Positions 1-10,882 of a stretch of DNA of 64,000 nt are shown here, piece after piece (position 1 is the stretch's first letter; each line of letters starts with the position of its first letter). The notes under the pieces are model-generated. The model was not told the DNA's origin, did no database searches, and saw only the letters and a list, made by a program, of their open reading frames with translations. The stretch is from the NCBI GenBank assembly GCA_027339965.1, contig DAHWNL010000078.1, forward strand, positions 32,001 through 96,000, read 5' to 3'. The DNA comes from Granulicella sp. Its GTDB lineage: Bacteria > Acidobacteriota > Terriglobia > Terriglobales > Acidobacteriaceae. Made by a program: the position numbers and the translations under genes.

Positions 1-38
1 GCGTCTGTTCCTGGAGCCAACCTCGGCGATCTCGGCCG

Positions 39-75
39 GCAACCGGTCCGACAGCAACCGGTCCGACAGCAACCG
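39..75. repeat. 15-bp tandem repeat GCAACCGGTCCGACA x2.5
   Basis: Directly visible at 39-53 and 54-68, with a partial copy at 69-75. Confidence 0.85.
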
Positions 76-129
76 CTCCATCGAGGCGTGCGATCGCCGC
101 TGGCGGCAGAAGTTCTTCTCCGAATGGCC

Positions 130-438
130 TCAAACCAGCTTGGTGACTGAGCGCGCCGCCTTGTTCGCAGACTTCACCGCATCGGTAGCCACATCGATAG
201 CGTTCTCGAAGCGGTCCTTACTGGCGTCAATGAGCCTTTGCGCCTCCTTGCCCAGGTGCTCGGCCTGATCTTTCAGGTAGTCGCCGGCCTCTTCGAGATT
301 GTCACCCAGCTCTTCCAGGCCCCGTCTCAGGCGCCTGCGAGTGGCGGCGCCCGACTGCGGCGCATAGAGTAGCGCTACCGCGCCTCCAATCGCTGCTCCG
401 ATTCCCAAAGCAATCCAGAACTCCTTTGAAGAACGCAT
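130..438 (-). CDS. YtxH domain-containing protein
   Basis: GxxIGGAVALLYAPQSGAATRRRL motif followed by a coiled region; AGGAGGAG RBS. Confidence 0.85.
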   Translation of the reverse strand: MRSSKEFWIALGIGAAIGGAVALLYAPQSGAATRRRLRRGLEELGDNLEEAGDYLKDQAEHLGKEAQRLIDASKDRFENAIDVATDAVKSANKAARSVTKLV

Positions 439-587
439 AACTCCTCCTGTTCAAGCAAATCTACGTGCCAGATGAAGCTCGGAGCTGCTCCGTGAAGGGC
501 TCCTCCCTGGCAAGAACTCCCACCGCTTTCCAGGCTGCACGGCTCACTGCCCGGAAGACCTCACAACATGCTTCCTAGAACTAGGAT

Positions 588-1505
588 TCAGCCCGCAGGG
601 CTGGAGTTGCAATCAGTCCGTCGGCCAGACCTCGCCCGATTGTCTTTCTGTTTTCGCCTGCGGGCTTTGGCCTGCGCGCCGTCTCCATCGAGAGTCTCGA
701 GAGCACGAATGAAGATTCGGGCGAACATGGGACGGTCAAGACGGCCAGTGTTGGTATTGCGCCGCGAGGGGTGGTAGCTGCCGATAAGTTTGATGCCGTG
801 GGGAAGCAAGTACTCCACTCCGTGGCTGAAGACGAACTCCGCACGGCTCCGGATGATTCCCTGAGCCATTAGATGGAGCAGATAACCTTCCCAGGCGATC
901 CTGCCCAGGCAGACAACCACTTGGACCTTCGGCAGCGCGGCCAGCTCCGCCGCCAGGTGGGATGAGCAGTTGCGAATCTCCTGCGGTGCCGGCTTGTCGC
1001 CCGGAGGTGCGCAGCGAACCACAGAGCTGATCCACAGCTTGCGCAGCCTCATGCCGTCGGAGCGGTCGATGGCCTCCGGTTTGCTGACCAGCCCCAGATC
1101 AAAAAGCACCGGATACATGAAGGCGCCGGAGTCATCGCCGGTGAAGGGGCGGCCGGTACGGTTCGCACCGTGGGCCCCGGGAGCCAGACCCAGAACAAGA
1201 ATGCGGGCTTGGGGGTCCCCGAAACCGGGGACGGGCCTGGCCCAGTATTGCTGATCACGATACTTCCTGCGTCGGGTCTGGCCAATCCGGCGGCAGTATT
1301 CGATCAGACGGGGGCAAAGAGTACAGCCGACGATCTGCTTGGCTACCTGGTCCAGCACGGGGAGCGATCGTGACGGCGGACGCGTGTCGAGACGCAAAAT
1401 GCTTCCTTTCCGGTTCGTGGCTTGGCGTAGCTGTTCAAAGTGTGAATCTCCACCAGCCTTCGATACCTTGGAGCCAGTCAGGCTGTGGAGATCGCCGCCC
1501 TGCAA
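588..1505 (-). CDS. Uracil-DNA glycosylase, family 5 (UdgB-like, 4Fe-4S); true start probably near 1358
   Basis: CTLC plus two more Cys, GLAPGAHGANRTGRPF motif A, YHPS motif B. Confidence 0.88.
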   Translation of the reverse strand: MQGGDLHSLTGSKVSKAGGDSHFEQLRQATNRKGSILRLDTRPPSRSLPVLDQVAKQIVGCTLCPRLIEYCRRIGQTRRRKYRDQQYWARPVPGFGDPQARILVLGLAPGAHGANRTGRPFTGDDSGAFMYPVLFDLGLVSKPEAIDRSDGMRLRKLWISSVVRCAPPGDKPAPQEIRNCSSHLAAELAALPKVQVVVCLGRIAWEGYLLHLMAQGIIRSRAEFVFSHGVEYLLPHGIKLIGSYHPSRRNTNTGRLDRPMFARIFIRALETLDGDGAQAKARRRKQKDNRARSGRRTDCNSSPAG

Positions 1506-1586
1506 GCTTGTGGATAACTCTCTCCCCGGCCGCTGTTCATCCTTGCGACAGGTGATAACTTGGGTACTAATGAGGAAGTATAAGCA

Positions 1587-2870
1587 TTGAATGCAGGACG
1601 AAAATCAGAAAGTGGCGGGCCTTTTGCCGGAGGCCGGCACTATTCCACCCGTGGCTGGGTGACTCCCACTCTGGTTGCAGTGGTTTGCATGGTGTTGGTG
1701 GCGGCGGCCTACGAGCGGGGCCGTGGGAATCTCCACAGAATCAGAAGCCGCGTGGATCCCCAGCCCGCTCCAGAGGTACTTCCAACCGGTCCCGGGGGAC
1801 AGGAGCCCGTCCACCTCAGCCGCAGCACATCCTCCATCGGCCGCGATGTGGAGCTGGTATCTGCCACTTTTTTGCCGGGGCGCGGCATGAACGTCTTTCA
1901 GATCATAGCCTTGGTCCCCGGCCATGGAGAGGTCCCTCTGCTGCTTTCACCCCCTATCGCTTCGGCAACGGAGATCCTCAGCGGTCAGGACAGCGATGCC
2001 AACGGCTCGGCCAGCTCCTCGCTGGGAGGCGCAATTATGCTCCCCTGGGCTAGGAGGCTCGCGGGCAGCTCAACGGCTGCCGCAGGAATGCTGTCGACCG
2101 ACTGGAATGGCAGACGGTTAAGCTTTCCAGCCGAAGATGCTGGCAGCAACTTGTCGGTGGAGGGTTTGTTGCTGAACCGTGGTGCGGACAGTATCCAGAG
2201 CGATGTTTTGCCGGATGGGCAGTCGGTAGCAGCCACGTTTCATGCCGGAGATTTTTCAGGTAATTGGCCGTCAAATGTTGATGTGATCGTTGAAGCTCAG
2301 TTGACCGAGCACGACCTTGACTTGACGGTGACGGCGAAGAATACGGGTCAGCAGCCCACCCCCTTCGGTGTTGGCTGGAAGCCTTACTTTGCCATACCCA
2401 GCGGCAATCGGGCACAGACCTTGCTCAGAGTTCCGTCGCAGACGGTGATGGAGATGGATCGCCAGAAGAGATTGCCGACCGGAAGGATGATGGACGTGGG
2501 TGGTAAGGCGGAGGATCTCTCCCGTGCCGGCGGCGTCAGCCTGGGCACCACAGCGATCGATACAACCTACACTAATCTGATCTCCGGCAGCGATGGCAAG
2601 CCGGCTGCCGAGATCAGTTATCCCGCCTATAACCTCAGGATCAGCGTCATCCCTCTCACTCCCGACATCACCAGCATGCATGTGGTGGCGCCGGAGGATA
2701 AGCCCTGGATCTCGATCGAACCGAACACCAATCTGGATGATCCGTTTGGGCCGGAATGGAACAGTCCCGAGAACGCTGGAATCATTACCCTGGCGCCCGG
2801 AGCTACTTTGACTTGGAAGGTCCGGTTGGAGATCTCTGCGCTGAGCGCATCAGGCTCAGATTTGGATTAG
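1587..2870 (+). CDS. Aldose 1-epimerase-fold protein with N-terminal membrane anchor; catalytic His residues apparently substituted
   Basis: GGAIMLPWA, GNWPS, FGVGWKPYF, LPTG and SIEP motifs; start uncertain. Confidence 0.7.
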   Translation: MNAGRKSESGGPFAGGRHYSTRGWVTPTLVAVVCMVLVAAAYERGRGNLHRIRSRVDPQPAPEVLPTGPGGQEPVHLSRSTSSIGRDVELVSATFLPGRGMNVFQIIALVPGHGEVPLLLSPPIASATEILSGQDSDANGSASSSLGGAIMLPWARRLAGSSTAAAGMLSTDWNGRRLSFPAEDAGSNLSVEGLLLNRGADSIQSDVLPDGQSVAATFHAGDFSGNWPSNVDVIVEAQLTEHDLDLTVTAKNTGQQPTPFGVGWKPYFAIPSGNRAQTLLRVPSQTVMEMDRQKRLPTGRMMDVGGKAEDLSRAGGVSLGTTAIDTTYTNLISGSDGKPAAEISYPAYNLRISVIPLTPDITSMHVVAPEDKPWISIEPNTNLDDPFGPEWNSPENAGIITLAPGATLTWKVRLEISALSASGSDLD

Positions 2871-3022
2871 CTTCCTGAAGAGTTTGACCCCCACGCTTCG
2901 CCCCCGTATCCTTAGGGCTGGCGGACGATGTAGAGGGGTTGAAAACAGCTCCTGCGCTCTACCCCAGCATGGCTCCCGCTCAAAAATCAGGCATCCGCCA
3001 AAACCTTTCGGAAGGCATTGTT

Positions 3023-4471
3023 TTGACCCCCTCAGAGACGGCAACACCCACTGGCAGTTCCTTGGACATTCAGGATGAGACCCTCACGCCGAGCGCAACC
3101 CAAAGCTCGCTAGAGGGTCCCGGACAAGTTAACGAAGGTCACGAGGGCCACGATCACGCCCCCGCACCCACACTCCATCCGGAGCTGACCCGGACCATTG
3201 AGGTAGAGGCTTCGGTAGAGGAGGTTGACAAAGCCTTCCAGCAGGTGACCAAGCGCTTTGCACGGCTGGCCCGCATCCCCGGCTTCCGGGTGGGCAAGGT
3301 TCCACCCTCGATGATCAAGTCGCGCTTTGCCAAGGAGCTACGCCAGGAAGTTCTCGAGACACTGGTCGGCGAGCGCTTTCGCGCCGCGCTCTCCGAGCGG
3401 AAGATGCAGCCGATTTCGCAGCCGCAGATCAGCGAGATGTTGCTTGCCGAGGGATCGCCACTGAAGTTCACGGCTACCTTTGAGGTGCTGCCGGAGATCC
3501 ATTTGGACGGTTATGACTCCATCGCTGTCGAGCGGCCCAACGTGACGCTCGAAGAGGCCGAGTTTGAGGTGGAGCTGGAACAGATTCTCGATCAGCATGC
3601 AACCGTGGAGCCGGTAGAAGAGGATCGCGCCTTAGTGGATGGCGACTGGGCCGAGATCAGCTTTCAAGGCAAAGTGCAGGATCTGGCGCAGGTCGTCGGT
3701 GAAGAAGGCGCCGAGGGCAAAGAGCCGGCCCAGCCGATGAGCGGCGAGGGTGTCCTGATCGAGATTGGAGGCAAGAACACCGTCCGGGCATTCGACCAGG
3801 CGCTCCGCGGGGCCAAAGTAGGCCAGGAGGTCTCCTTCGAGCTCACCTATCCAGCGGACTTCGCCGATACCCGGCTGGCGAATCGGACTGTAAGCTATGA
3901 CGTGACGATCAAGGCGATCAAGAAGAAGATCTTCCCGGAACGCGATGAAGAGCTTGCCAAGCAGATGGGGCCTTATGCGAACTGGAGCGAGTTTGAGGCC
4001 AGGCTGCGCGAGCGTCTGCTGGAGCGAAAGAAGCAGTCCCTGGAGACCGAGGCTCGCGACCAGATGCTGGAAGCTTTGGTGGCGAGGTTCGATTTTCCGG
4101 TTCCGGAGACCTTTGTCCAGCAGCAGATCGATGTCCGGCTGGAGCGCGGCTTGCGCGCACTGGCCGCGCAGGGCATGGAAGCTGAGGCCATGCGCCAACT
4201 TGACTTTGAGCGGCTGCGCGCGGCTCAGCGCGACCAGGCCATCCATGAGGTGAGGATTTCGCTGATTCTGGACAACATCGCCCAGCGCGAGAACATAGAA
4301 GTCAGTGAAGAAGAGATGGAGCGGGAGTTGCTCATGCTCTCGCTTCGCTTGCGCGAACCCATGGAAGCCATGCGGAAGAGGCTGGCGGAGGACGGCTCCA
4401 TGGGGCGAATTCGCGAACAGCTGCTGCGCGAGAAGACGGGTACGGCGCTCTTTGAGAAACTGGCGCGATAA
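3023..4471 (+). CDS. tig: Trigger factor
   Basis: IPGFRVGKVP ribosome-binding signature and FKBP domain; upstream of clpP-clpX. TTG start after GGAAGG is inferred. Confidence 0.93.
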   Translation: MTPSETATPTGSSLDIQDETLTPSATQSSLEGPGQVNEGHEGHDHAPAPTLHPELTRTIEVEASVEEVDKAFQQVTKRFARLARIPGFRVGKVPPSMIKSRFAKELRQEVLETLVGERFRAALSERKMQPISQPQISEMLLAEGSPLKFTATFEVLPEIHLDGYDSIAVERPNVTLEEAEFEVELEQILDQHATVEPVEEDRALVDGDWAEISFQGKVQDLAQVVGEEGAEGKEPAQPMSGEGVLIEIGGKNTVRAFDQALRGAKVGQEVSFELTYPADFADTRLANRTVSYDVTIKAIKKKIFPERDEELAKQMGPYANWSEFEARLRERLLERKKQSLETEARDQMLEALVARFDFPVPETFVQQQIDVRLERGLRALAAQGMEAEAMRQLDFERLRAAQRDQAIHEVRISLILDNIAQRENIEVSEEEMERELLMLSLRLREPMEAMRKRLAEDGSMGRIREQLLREKTGTALFEKLAR

Positions 4472-4564
4472 GATCGACTCACCCAGGCCAGCCGGGGAGC
4501 GCAAGTCACGGGCGGCACAGGCCTTCAACCAGAGCACAGGTGTAGAAGCAAAGGAAAAACAGCT

Positions 4565-5158
4565 ATGGGACTCATACCGATGGTGCTGGAGCAGACGAGC
4601 CGGGGCGAGCGCTCCTACGACATCTACAGCCGTCTGCTGCGCGACAATATTATCTTTCTGGGCACGCCGATCGACGATAACATCGCCAATCTGATCATCG
4701 CCCAGCTACTGTTTCTCTCCGGAGAGGACCCGGAGAAGGATATACAGCTCTACATCAACTCGCCGGGCGGATCCATCTCAGCCGGGCTCGCAATCTATGA
4801 CACGATGCAGTACATCAAGAATGATGTGGTGACCTTTTGCATCGGTCAGGCTGCGTCCATGGGAGCCTTCCTGTTGATGGCGGGCAAGAAGGGCAAACGG
4901 TTTACCCTGCCCAACTCGCGGATCCTCATTCACCAGCCCTCTATGGGGGGCCTGGGGGGGCAGGCCACCGATATCGACATTCATGCGCGCGAGATACTGC
5001 GCATTCGGGAGCTGACCAACAAGCTGATGAGCCAGAATACCGGCCAGCCGCTGGAACGTATTGAGCGAGACGTGGAGCGCGACTTCATCATGACCGCCCA
5101 GCAGGCCAAGGAGTACGGAATCATCGACGACATCATCGACCGCCCCCGGAGCTCCTGA
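4565..5158 (+). CDS. clpP: ATP-dependent Clp protease proteolytic subunit
   Basis: [22 protein letters not shown] and IHQP motifs. Confidence 0.98.
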   Translation: MGLIPMVLEQTSRGERSYDIYSRLLRDNIIFLGTPIDDNIANLIIAQLLFLSGEDPEKDIQLYINSPGGSISAGLAIYDTMQYIKNDVVTFCIGQAASMGAFLLMAGKKGKRFTLPNSRILIHQPSMGGLGGQATDIDIHAREILRIRELTNKLMSQNTGQPLERIERDVERDFIMTAQQAKEYGIIDDIIDRPRSS

Positions 5159-5658
5159 AGACACTGAAAAGAAGAAGCTTTCTACTCAAAGAAGCCCCTT
5201 TTGCCGCCAACATTCCTCCCGCCTCCCACGGTTTTAGCTGTTTGCCTGGCACGCGGCATATGGCAACGGAAGATTCCGCTCGGAATCAGGCCTGGGGATC
5301 TCCGCCGTGATGTCTTTCCGGCCAGGATGGCTGCTGGGCAGCCTGTATCCGTCCGGCCAACCGGAGAGATTCCCCAGCAGGAGCCCGCTTCCGAACGCTG
5401 CCTTTGCAGCAGCATGCTTTAAGATCGCTTTCTGGCGCAGCCACTTGAAGCGGATTGGGCGAGGAGAGCTTCACCCTTGCGGAGCGGATCTTCCCTTGCG
5501 GGTGGATCTTCTTCAGAGACGCGACCCATTCTGGTACATAGGAATCCAGATGGATATCTGGAGGGAGTGGCGGCTGGCTGAGAGATTCCGCTCCGGTGTA
5601 GACTGGTGGTTGATTTGGCGCACCTCGGCGGCGTGGGCGCGAAGGAGCTGATCCCCCT

Positions 5659-6951
5659 ATGAAAACGTCTCGTGGCGCGGAAGAGTCGCTACGCTGTTCC
5701 TTTTGCCATAAATCCCAGGACGCAGTCGCGAAACTGATCTCTTCCCCATCCGACTATCCGCGCGCTTACATCTGTGACGAGTGTGTCGCGGTATGCAACT
5801 CGATCCTGGAAGACGACAAGGGGGAGGCGCAGTCGGGAGCAACTCCAACGCATCTGCCCAAACCGGCTGAGGTAAAGGCCTTTTTGGACGAGTATGTGAT
5901 CGGCCAGGAGCAGACCAAGAAGAAGCTTGCGGTTGCCGTCTACAACCACTACAAGCGCATCCAGATGAACAAGACCCGCGGCAACGATGTGGAGATGCAG
6001 AAGTCCAACATCCTGCTGGTGGGGCCCACCGGCTCCGGCAAGACTCTATTGGCGCAGACCCTGGCCAAGATGCTGGATGTGCCCTTCGCCATCGTCGATG
6101 CCACCACGCTCACGGAGGCCGGCTACGTTGGCGAGGACGTTGAGAACATCATTCTGAAGCTGCTGCAGGCGGCCGACGGAGATGTGGCGCGCGCGCAACA
6201 GGGCATCATCTATATCGATGAGATCGACAAAATCGGACGCAAGGACGAGAATCCTTCGATCACCCGCGACGTCTCTGGCGAGGGCGTACAGCAGGCTCTG
6301 CTGAAGCTACTGGAGGGGACCGTGGCCAATGTTCCTCCCCAGGGCGGCCGCAAGCATCCGCACCAGGAGTTCACCATCGTCGATACCACGAATATCCTGT
6401 TCATCTGTGGGGGCGCATTTGTGGGCCTGGAAAAGGTGATCGGACGGCGCGTGGGCAAAAAGGCACTGGGCTTCAAGGCGATCGGAGATGTCGTGGAGAT
6501 GGAAGAGACTGAGCTCGTCACCCCGATCCGCGCCCAACGGGACTCTGATCTGCTGCGCCAGGCCGAGCCGCAGGATCTGCTGAAGTATGGTCTGATTCCG
6601 GAGTTTGTGGGGCGCCTGCCGGTACTGGGCATCCTGGATGAACTGGATGAAGCGGCTTTGATCGACATCCTGACTCGTCCCCGCAATGCGATCCTGAAGC
6701 AGTACGCCAGGCTCTTTGACTACGAGGGAGTCAAGATCACCTGGACCGACGAAGCCACCCGCGAGATTGCTCGCGAAGCCCTGTATCGCAAGGTAGGGGC
6801 GCGCGGCCTGCGCATGATCCTGGAAGAGCTGATGCTGGACCTGATGTACCACGTCCCCGGCAACAAGAAGGTGAAGGAAGTTGTGATCACCGATGAGATG
6901 GTCCGCTCGCGCGAGATCATGATCTCCGTCGCTCTGGAGAAAGCCGGCTAA
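5659..6951 (+). CDS. clpX: Clp protease ATP-binding subunit ClpX
   Basis: CSFC...CDEC zinc finger, [31 protein letters not shown]. Confidence 0.98.
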   Translation: MKTSRGAEESLRCSFCHKSQDAVAKLISSPSDYPRAYICDECVAVCNSILEDDKGEAQSGATPTHLPKPAEVKAFLDEYVIGQEQTKKKLAVAVYNHYKRIQMNKTRGNDVEMQKSNILLVGPTGSGKTLLAQTLAKMLDVPFAIVDATTLTEAGYVGEDVENIILKLLQAADGDVARAQQGIIYIDEIDKIGRKDENPSITRDVSGEGVQQALLKLLEGTVANVPPQGGRKHPHQEFTIVDTTNILFICGGAFVGLEKVIGRRVGKKALGFKAIGDVVEMEETELVTPIRAQRDSDLLRQAEPQDLLKYGLIPEFVGRLPVLGILDELDEAALIDILTRPRNAILKQYARLFDYEGVKITWTDEATREIAREALYRKVGARGLRMILEELMLDLMYHVPGNKKVKEVVITDEMVRSREIMISVALEKAG

Positions 6952-7036
6952 ACATTTTCAATGGTTGGATGGATATGCCGGAGATGGAATGCCCGGGACA
7001 ATACCACCATTGGACGAGCAAACAGGAGACGCGTTC

Positions 7037-7151
7037 TGTAGCATTTTCAGTGTTGACGGGTGTCCCGAAGAGGGCTTACAGTGGCGTTTTCATTGGGGAA
7101 AACGCCCATAGAAGTCGAGGCATTGGGTACACCTACACTGAAACTGCTTTA
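7037..7151 (+). mobile_element. MITE-like ~115-bp repeat, copy 1
   Basis: Imperfect 16-bp TIRs TGTAGCATTTTCAGTG / CACTGAAACTGCTTTA, internal hairpin GGCGTTTTC-N6-GAAAACGCC; three more copies in the window. Confidence 0.85.
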
Positions 7152-7397
7152 AGCCTGTCGCCAGTTCCCCGATGCAATGGGATCGCGGTGGTTATTATTT
7201 TGCGCTTGGATCTCTTCCACGTATAACTTCGTCGACCAGGCGGTAGGCACAGCCGGGGTGGGGGGCGAGACTGAGGTCGAGGGTGCAAGCGGCAATCGGA
7301 ACCGCTTGATGGTGGGCATCGCGCAACCTTTGGCCGGGGTGAAAGCGGGAGGAAACAGGCGCCTTAGCTATGGGCAGAACATACGAAATGAGGAATC

Positions 7398-8248
7398 GTG
7401 CGATCCGAGATCTCTATACCCCGGTTCAGGGAGCTGACGGTTCAGGGAGCTGACGGTTCAGGTTTCCGCCGCTTAAGCAATGCGCGGATGCCTTTGCGTC
7501 CACTCTCCGTCATGATCGGGGCCGCCGGCTCGGGTAAAACATCCGCCCTCAACGCACCTTCCCTGCGTGCAAAGTCCGCCCAGGGCAAGATGGCAGATGC
7601 AATCGCGGACTTGTCGGGCCTTACCAATGTTCTGAGTTCTGAGGTGCGATCGCGCGAACGAGCTGAGCCTCGGCATTTCGACGACTGTACCAGGTCACGA
7701 GCCTCTGGACTACAAAATTGGCCTTGGACCGCAGGGCATCGCCTACTTCATCACCGAGGATACGCTAAGCGAGCAACGGCAACCTCACCCGCGCCCATTT
7801 CTTCATATTGATTCCCACGGTTCTGACATCCGGAACTTCGAGACCGAGAAGAGCAAATTGGTTCGTCCGAATTGGAACCACCAGCTCCTTGAAACGTCTC
7901 TGGCGCAAATTCCCAAAATATTTCGCGTATCCCAAGTTCCACCCCCATGTTGCCCCATATGACTTCGAGGCCTGGTTCCTGCCATACTGGGGTGAGATTC
8001 AAAAGATCGCAGGTCATCGCCGGACGGCACCGCCGGGTCTTCCAGAGACGGTGAACTACCGCAAACCTCCCTCTTATCAGCTCAAGGAGATCTTTGAGAT
8101 CGGGTGCTGCCGGGACAGCTATACTAAGCTGAGAGATGCCAATCGAATCCTCAAAGGCAAGGATTTGTGCATAGCCGCCGCACAGTGCCCCGAACTGAAG
8201 GCATTCCTAAACACGATCCTCACGCTGAGCGACGGTCAGGGTCTTTGA
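7398..8248 (+). pseudogene. Decayed AAA (ABC-like) ATPase plus DUF4276-like gene pair
   Basis: N-terminal 'LTVQG..FRRL..LRPLSVMIGAAGSGKTS' Walker A, then frame breaks. The end 'FHPHVAPYDFEAWFLPYW...PETVN..KPPS...CPELKAFL' resembles a DUF4276 C-terminus. Total length is too short for two intact genes. Confidence 0.65.
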
Positions 8249-8429
8249 TCGCCCCTCGGATAGGGGCCTTCGGGAATCGAACGATTCCCATTACCATCCC
8301 TGCTTGCTGATTGGGCGGCCTCCAGGAGAGTCCGATTCCCGGGCCTCTGTGACCAGCCAACAAGCGTACAATTCCGATCAAGCCTGGCGAGCATCGTTTT
8401 CGCCGAAAGCCCGTCTAAACTGGAGGCCT

Positions 8430-10862
8430 ATGACCAACGACGAACGCGACCTTCTTACCGGCTCCCTGCGCAAGCTCCCGATGATGCCCATCCGCGAGAT
8501 GGTGATCTTCCCGCATATGATGACGCCTTTCGTGGTAGGCCGCGAGTCCAGCGTCCGCGCTCTGGAAGAGGCACTCAGCGGCGACCGCCGCATCTTCCTG
8601 GCCACGCAGCATGATGCCTCGGTAGACGATCCTGCCCCTGAGGACATCTACAACGTTGGCGTCATCGGCAACATCGTCCAATCCGTGCGCATGCCCGACG
8701 GAAACATCAAGGTGCTGGTGGAAGGTGTCGAGCGAGCTCGGGCAACCCAGATCAACGACAACGATGGATTCTTCGTCGCCACGGTAAAGACCTCCAACAC
8801 TGAACTGAAGTCAACGCCGGTCACCGAGCAACTGGTGTTTCGCGTCCACCAGCTCTTCGAGCAATACAGCAAGCTGCAGCAGTCTCTCAACCAGGAAGCA
8901 GCCTCTGCCTTGCGCATGGACGAGCCCGCCAAACTGGCTGACCTGATTGCGGCCAATCTTCCCCTGGCGATCGAGGAGAAGCAGCAACTGCTGGAAGTCT
9001 TCGATCCGGAGGTGCGGCTGACACGCATCGCCGACACGCTGGACATTGCCATCGAGAAGTTGAACATGGACCGCAGCATTCAGTCGCGCGTCAAGCGCCA
9101 GATGGAACGGGCTCAGAAAGAGTACTACCTCAACGAGAAGATCAAAGCCATCCAGAAGGAACTGGGGCGGGGGGAGAAGAGCGAGTTCGACGAGTTGAAG
9201 AAGCGGATTGAAGAAGCCGGCATGAGCAAGGAGGTTCAGGAGAAAGCCTTGCAGGAGTTGAAGAAGCTGGAAGCTATGCCTCCCATGTCCGCAGAATCCA
9301 CAGTCAGCCGTAACTATCTGGACTGGCTTCTGGCGGTGCCCTGGAAGAAGCGTTCCAAGGAGATTCGTTCCATTGAGAATGCCGAGAAAGTGCTCAACCA
9401 CGACCACTACGGTCTGGAGAAGATCAAGGAGCGCATCCTGGAATTTCTCGCCGTACGCCAGTTGGTCAAGAACCCCAAGGGTTCCATTCTCTGTTTTGTG
9501 GGACCTCCGGGGGTGGGCAAGACCTCGCTGGGCATGTCCATCGCCAAGGCTACGGGGCGAAAATTCGTGCGCTTGTCGCTGGGCGGAGTGCGTGATGAGG
9601 CGGAGATTCGCGGCCATCGCCGCACCTACATTGGAGCCTTGCCGGGGCAGATCATTCAATCCATGAAGAAGGCCGGCACAAAGAATCCGGTGATCATGCT
9701 GGACGAGATCGACAAGATGGCATCAGACTTCCGCGGCGACCCTGCCTCCGCTCTGCTCGAGGTGCTGGACCCGGAGCAAAACCACACCTTCCAGGACCAC
9801 TATCTGGACGTAGAATATGACCTCTCACAGGTGTTGTTCGTAGCCACGGCCAACGTCCTGCATACCATTCCCGGCCCGCTGCAGGACCGCATGGAGATCC
9901 TGCGGCTCACCGGCTACACGGAGATCGAGAAGATGGAGATCGCCCGCCAGTATCTGGTCAAGAAGCAGGTGGCGGCCACCGGGCTGACCGGTCGACAGAT
10001 CACCTTCAGCGACGATGCTCTGCGCGAGATCATCCGCTTCTACACGCGCGAGGCCGGCGTCCGCAACATGGAGCGGGAGATTGGCAACATCTGCCGCAAG
10101 GTAGCGCGCAAGGTGGTCAGCAGCCCGAAACACACGGAGCTGGTGACGCCGGAGTTGCTGGTCAATCTGCTGGGCCCGGCCAAGTACCGCGACTCTCTAC
10201 TGGAGGAAAGGTCCGAAGTAGGCCTGGTGACCGGACTTGCCTGGACCGAGATGGGCGGATCAATTCTGCAAACCGAAGTGCAGGTGATGGACGGCAAGGG
10301 CAAGATGACCGCCACCGGACAACTGGGAGATGTAATGCAGGAGTCCGCACAGGCGGCGCTCACTTACATCCGATCGAGATCGCACCAACTGGGACTGGCG
10401 CGCGACTTCTATCGCAATATCGACATTCATGTCCATGTGCCGGAGGGCGCAATTCCCAAGGACGGACCCTCGGCGGGCATTACCCTGGCGACCGCCCTGG
10501 CCAGCGCCCTTACCAAGATCGAAGTGCGGCGCGATCTTGCCATGACCGGCGAGATCACCCTTCGAGGTAAGGTGCTGCCCATTGGCGGGCTCAAGGAAAA
10601 GCTGCTAGCGGCTCACCGCGCCGGCATTCGCGAGGCGATTCTGCCCGCGGAAAACAAGAAGGATCTTGCCGATCTCCCTGATCTGATCAAGACCGAGATG
10701 AAGCTGCACTGGGTGGAGCAGATGGATGAGGTTCTGGAGATTGCGCTGGTGAGCAAGCCGGTGAAGGTCCCCGCCACACCTGCGGATGAAGCGGTGCTGA
10801 CTCCGGATGCGCCTCTTCCTCCACCCGCGCAGCATTCAACCGGAAGCGTCGCTCATCTATAG
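8430..10862 (+). CDS. lon: Lon protease (endopeptidase La)
   Basis: [27 protein letters not shown] catalytic Ser, IGGLKEK; GGAGG before ATG 8430. Confidence 0.98.
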   Translation: MTNDERDLLTGSLRKLPMMPIREMVIFPHMMTPFVVGRESSVRALEEALSGDRRIFLATQHDASVDDPAPEDIYNVGVIGNIVQSVRMPDGNIKVLVEGVERARATQINDNDGFFVATVKTSNTELKSTPVTEQLVFRVHQLFEQYSKLQQSLNQEAASALRMDEPAKLADLIAANLPLAIEEKQQLLEVFDPEVRLTRIADTLDIAIEKLNMDRSIQSRVKRQMERAQKEYYLNEKIKAIQKELGRGEKSEFDELKKRIEEAGMSKEVQEKALQELKKLEAMPPMSAESTVSRNYLDWLLAVPWKKRSKEIRSIENAEKVLNHDHYGLEKIKERILEFLAVRQLVKNPKGSILCFVGPPGVGKTSLGMSIAKATGRKFVRLSLGGVRDEAEIRGHRRTYIGALPGQIIQSMKKAGTKNPVIMLDEIDKMASDFRGDPASALLEVLDPEQNHTFQDHYLDVEYDLSQVLFVATANVLHTIPGPLQDRMEILRLTGYTEIEKMEIARQYLVKKQVAATGLTGRQITFSDDALREIIRFYTREAGVRNMEREIGNICRKVARKVVSSPKHTELVTPELLVNLLGPAKYRDSLLEERSEVGLVTGLAWTEMGGSILQTEVQVMDGKGKMTATGQLGDVMQESAQAALTYIRSRSHQLGLARDFYRNIDIHVHVPEGAIPKDGPSAGITLATALASALTKIEVRRDLAMTGEITLRGKVLPIGGLKEKLLAAHRAGIREAILPAENKKDLADLPDLIKTEMKLHWVEQMDEVLEIALVSKPVKVPATPADEAVLTPDAPLPPPAQHSTGSVAHL

Positions 10863-10882
10863 CTCCGGCGCAAGGACCTCCC

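Noticed and set aside
39..75. Short direct repeats here and at 12282-12317 as a CRISPR array
   Set aside because: No spacers, units too short, and no cas genes in the window.
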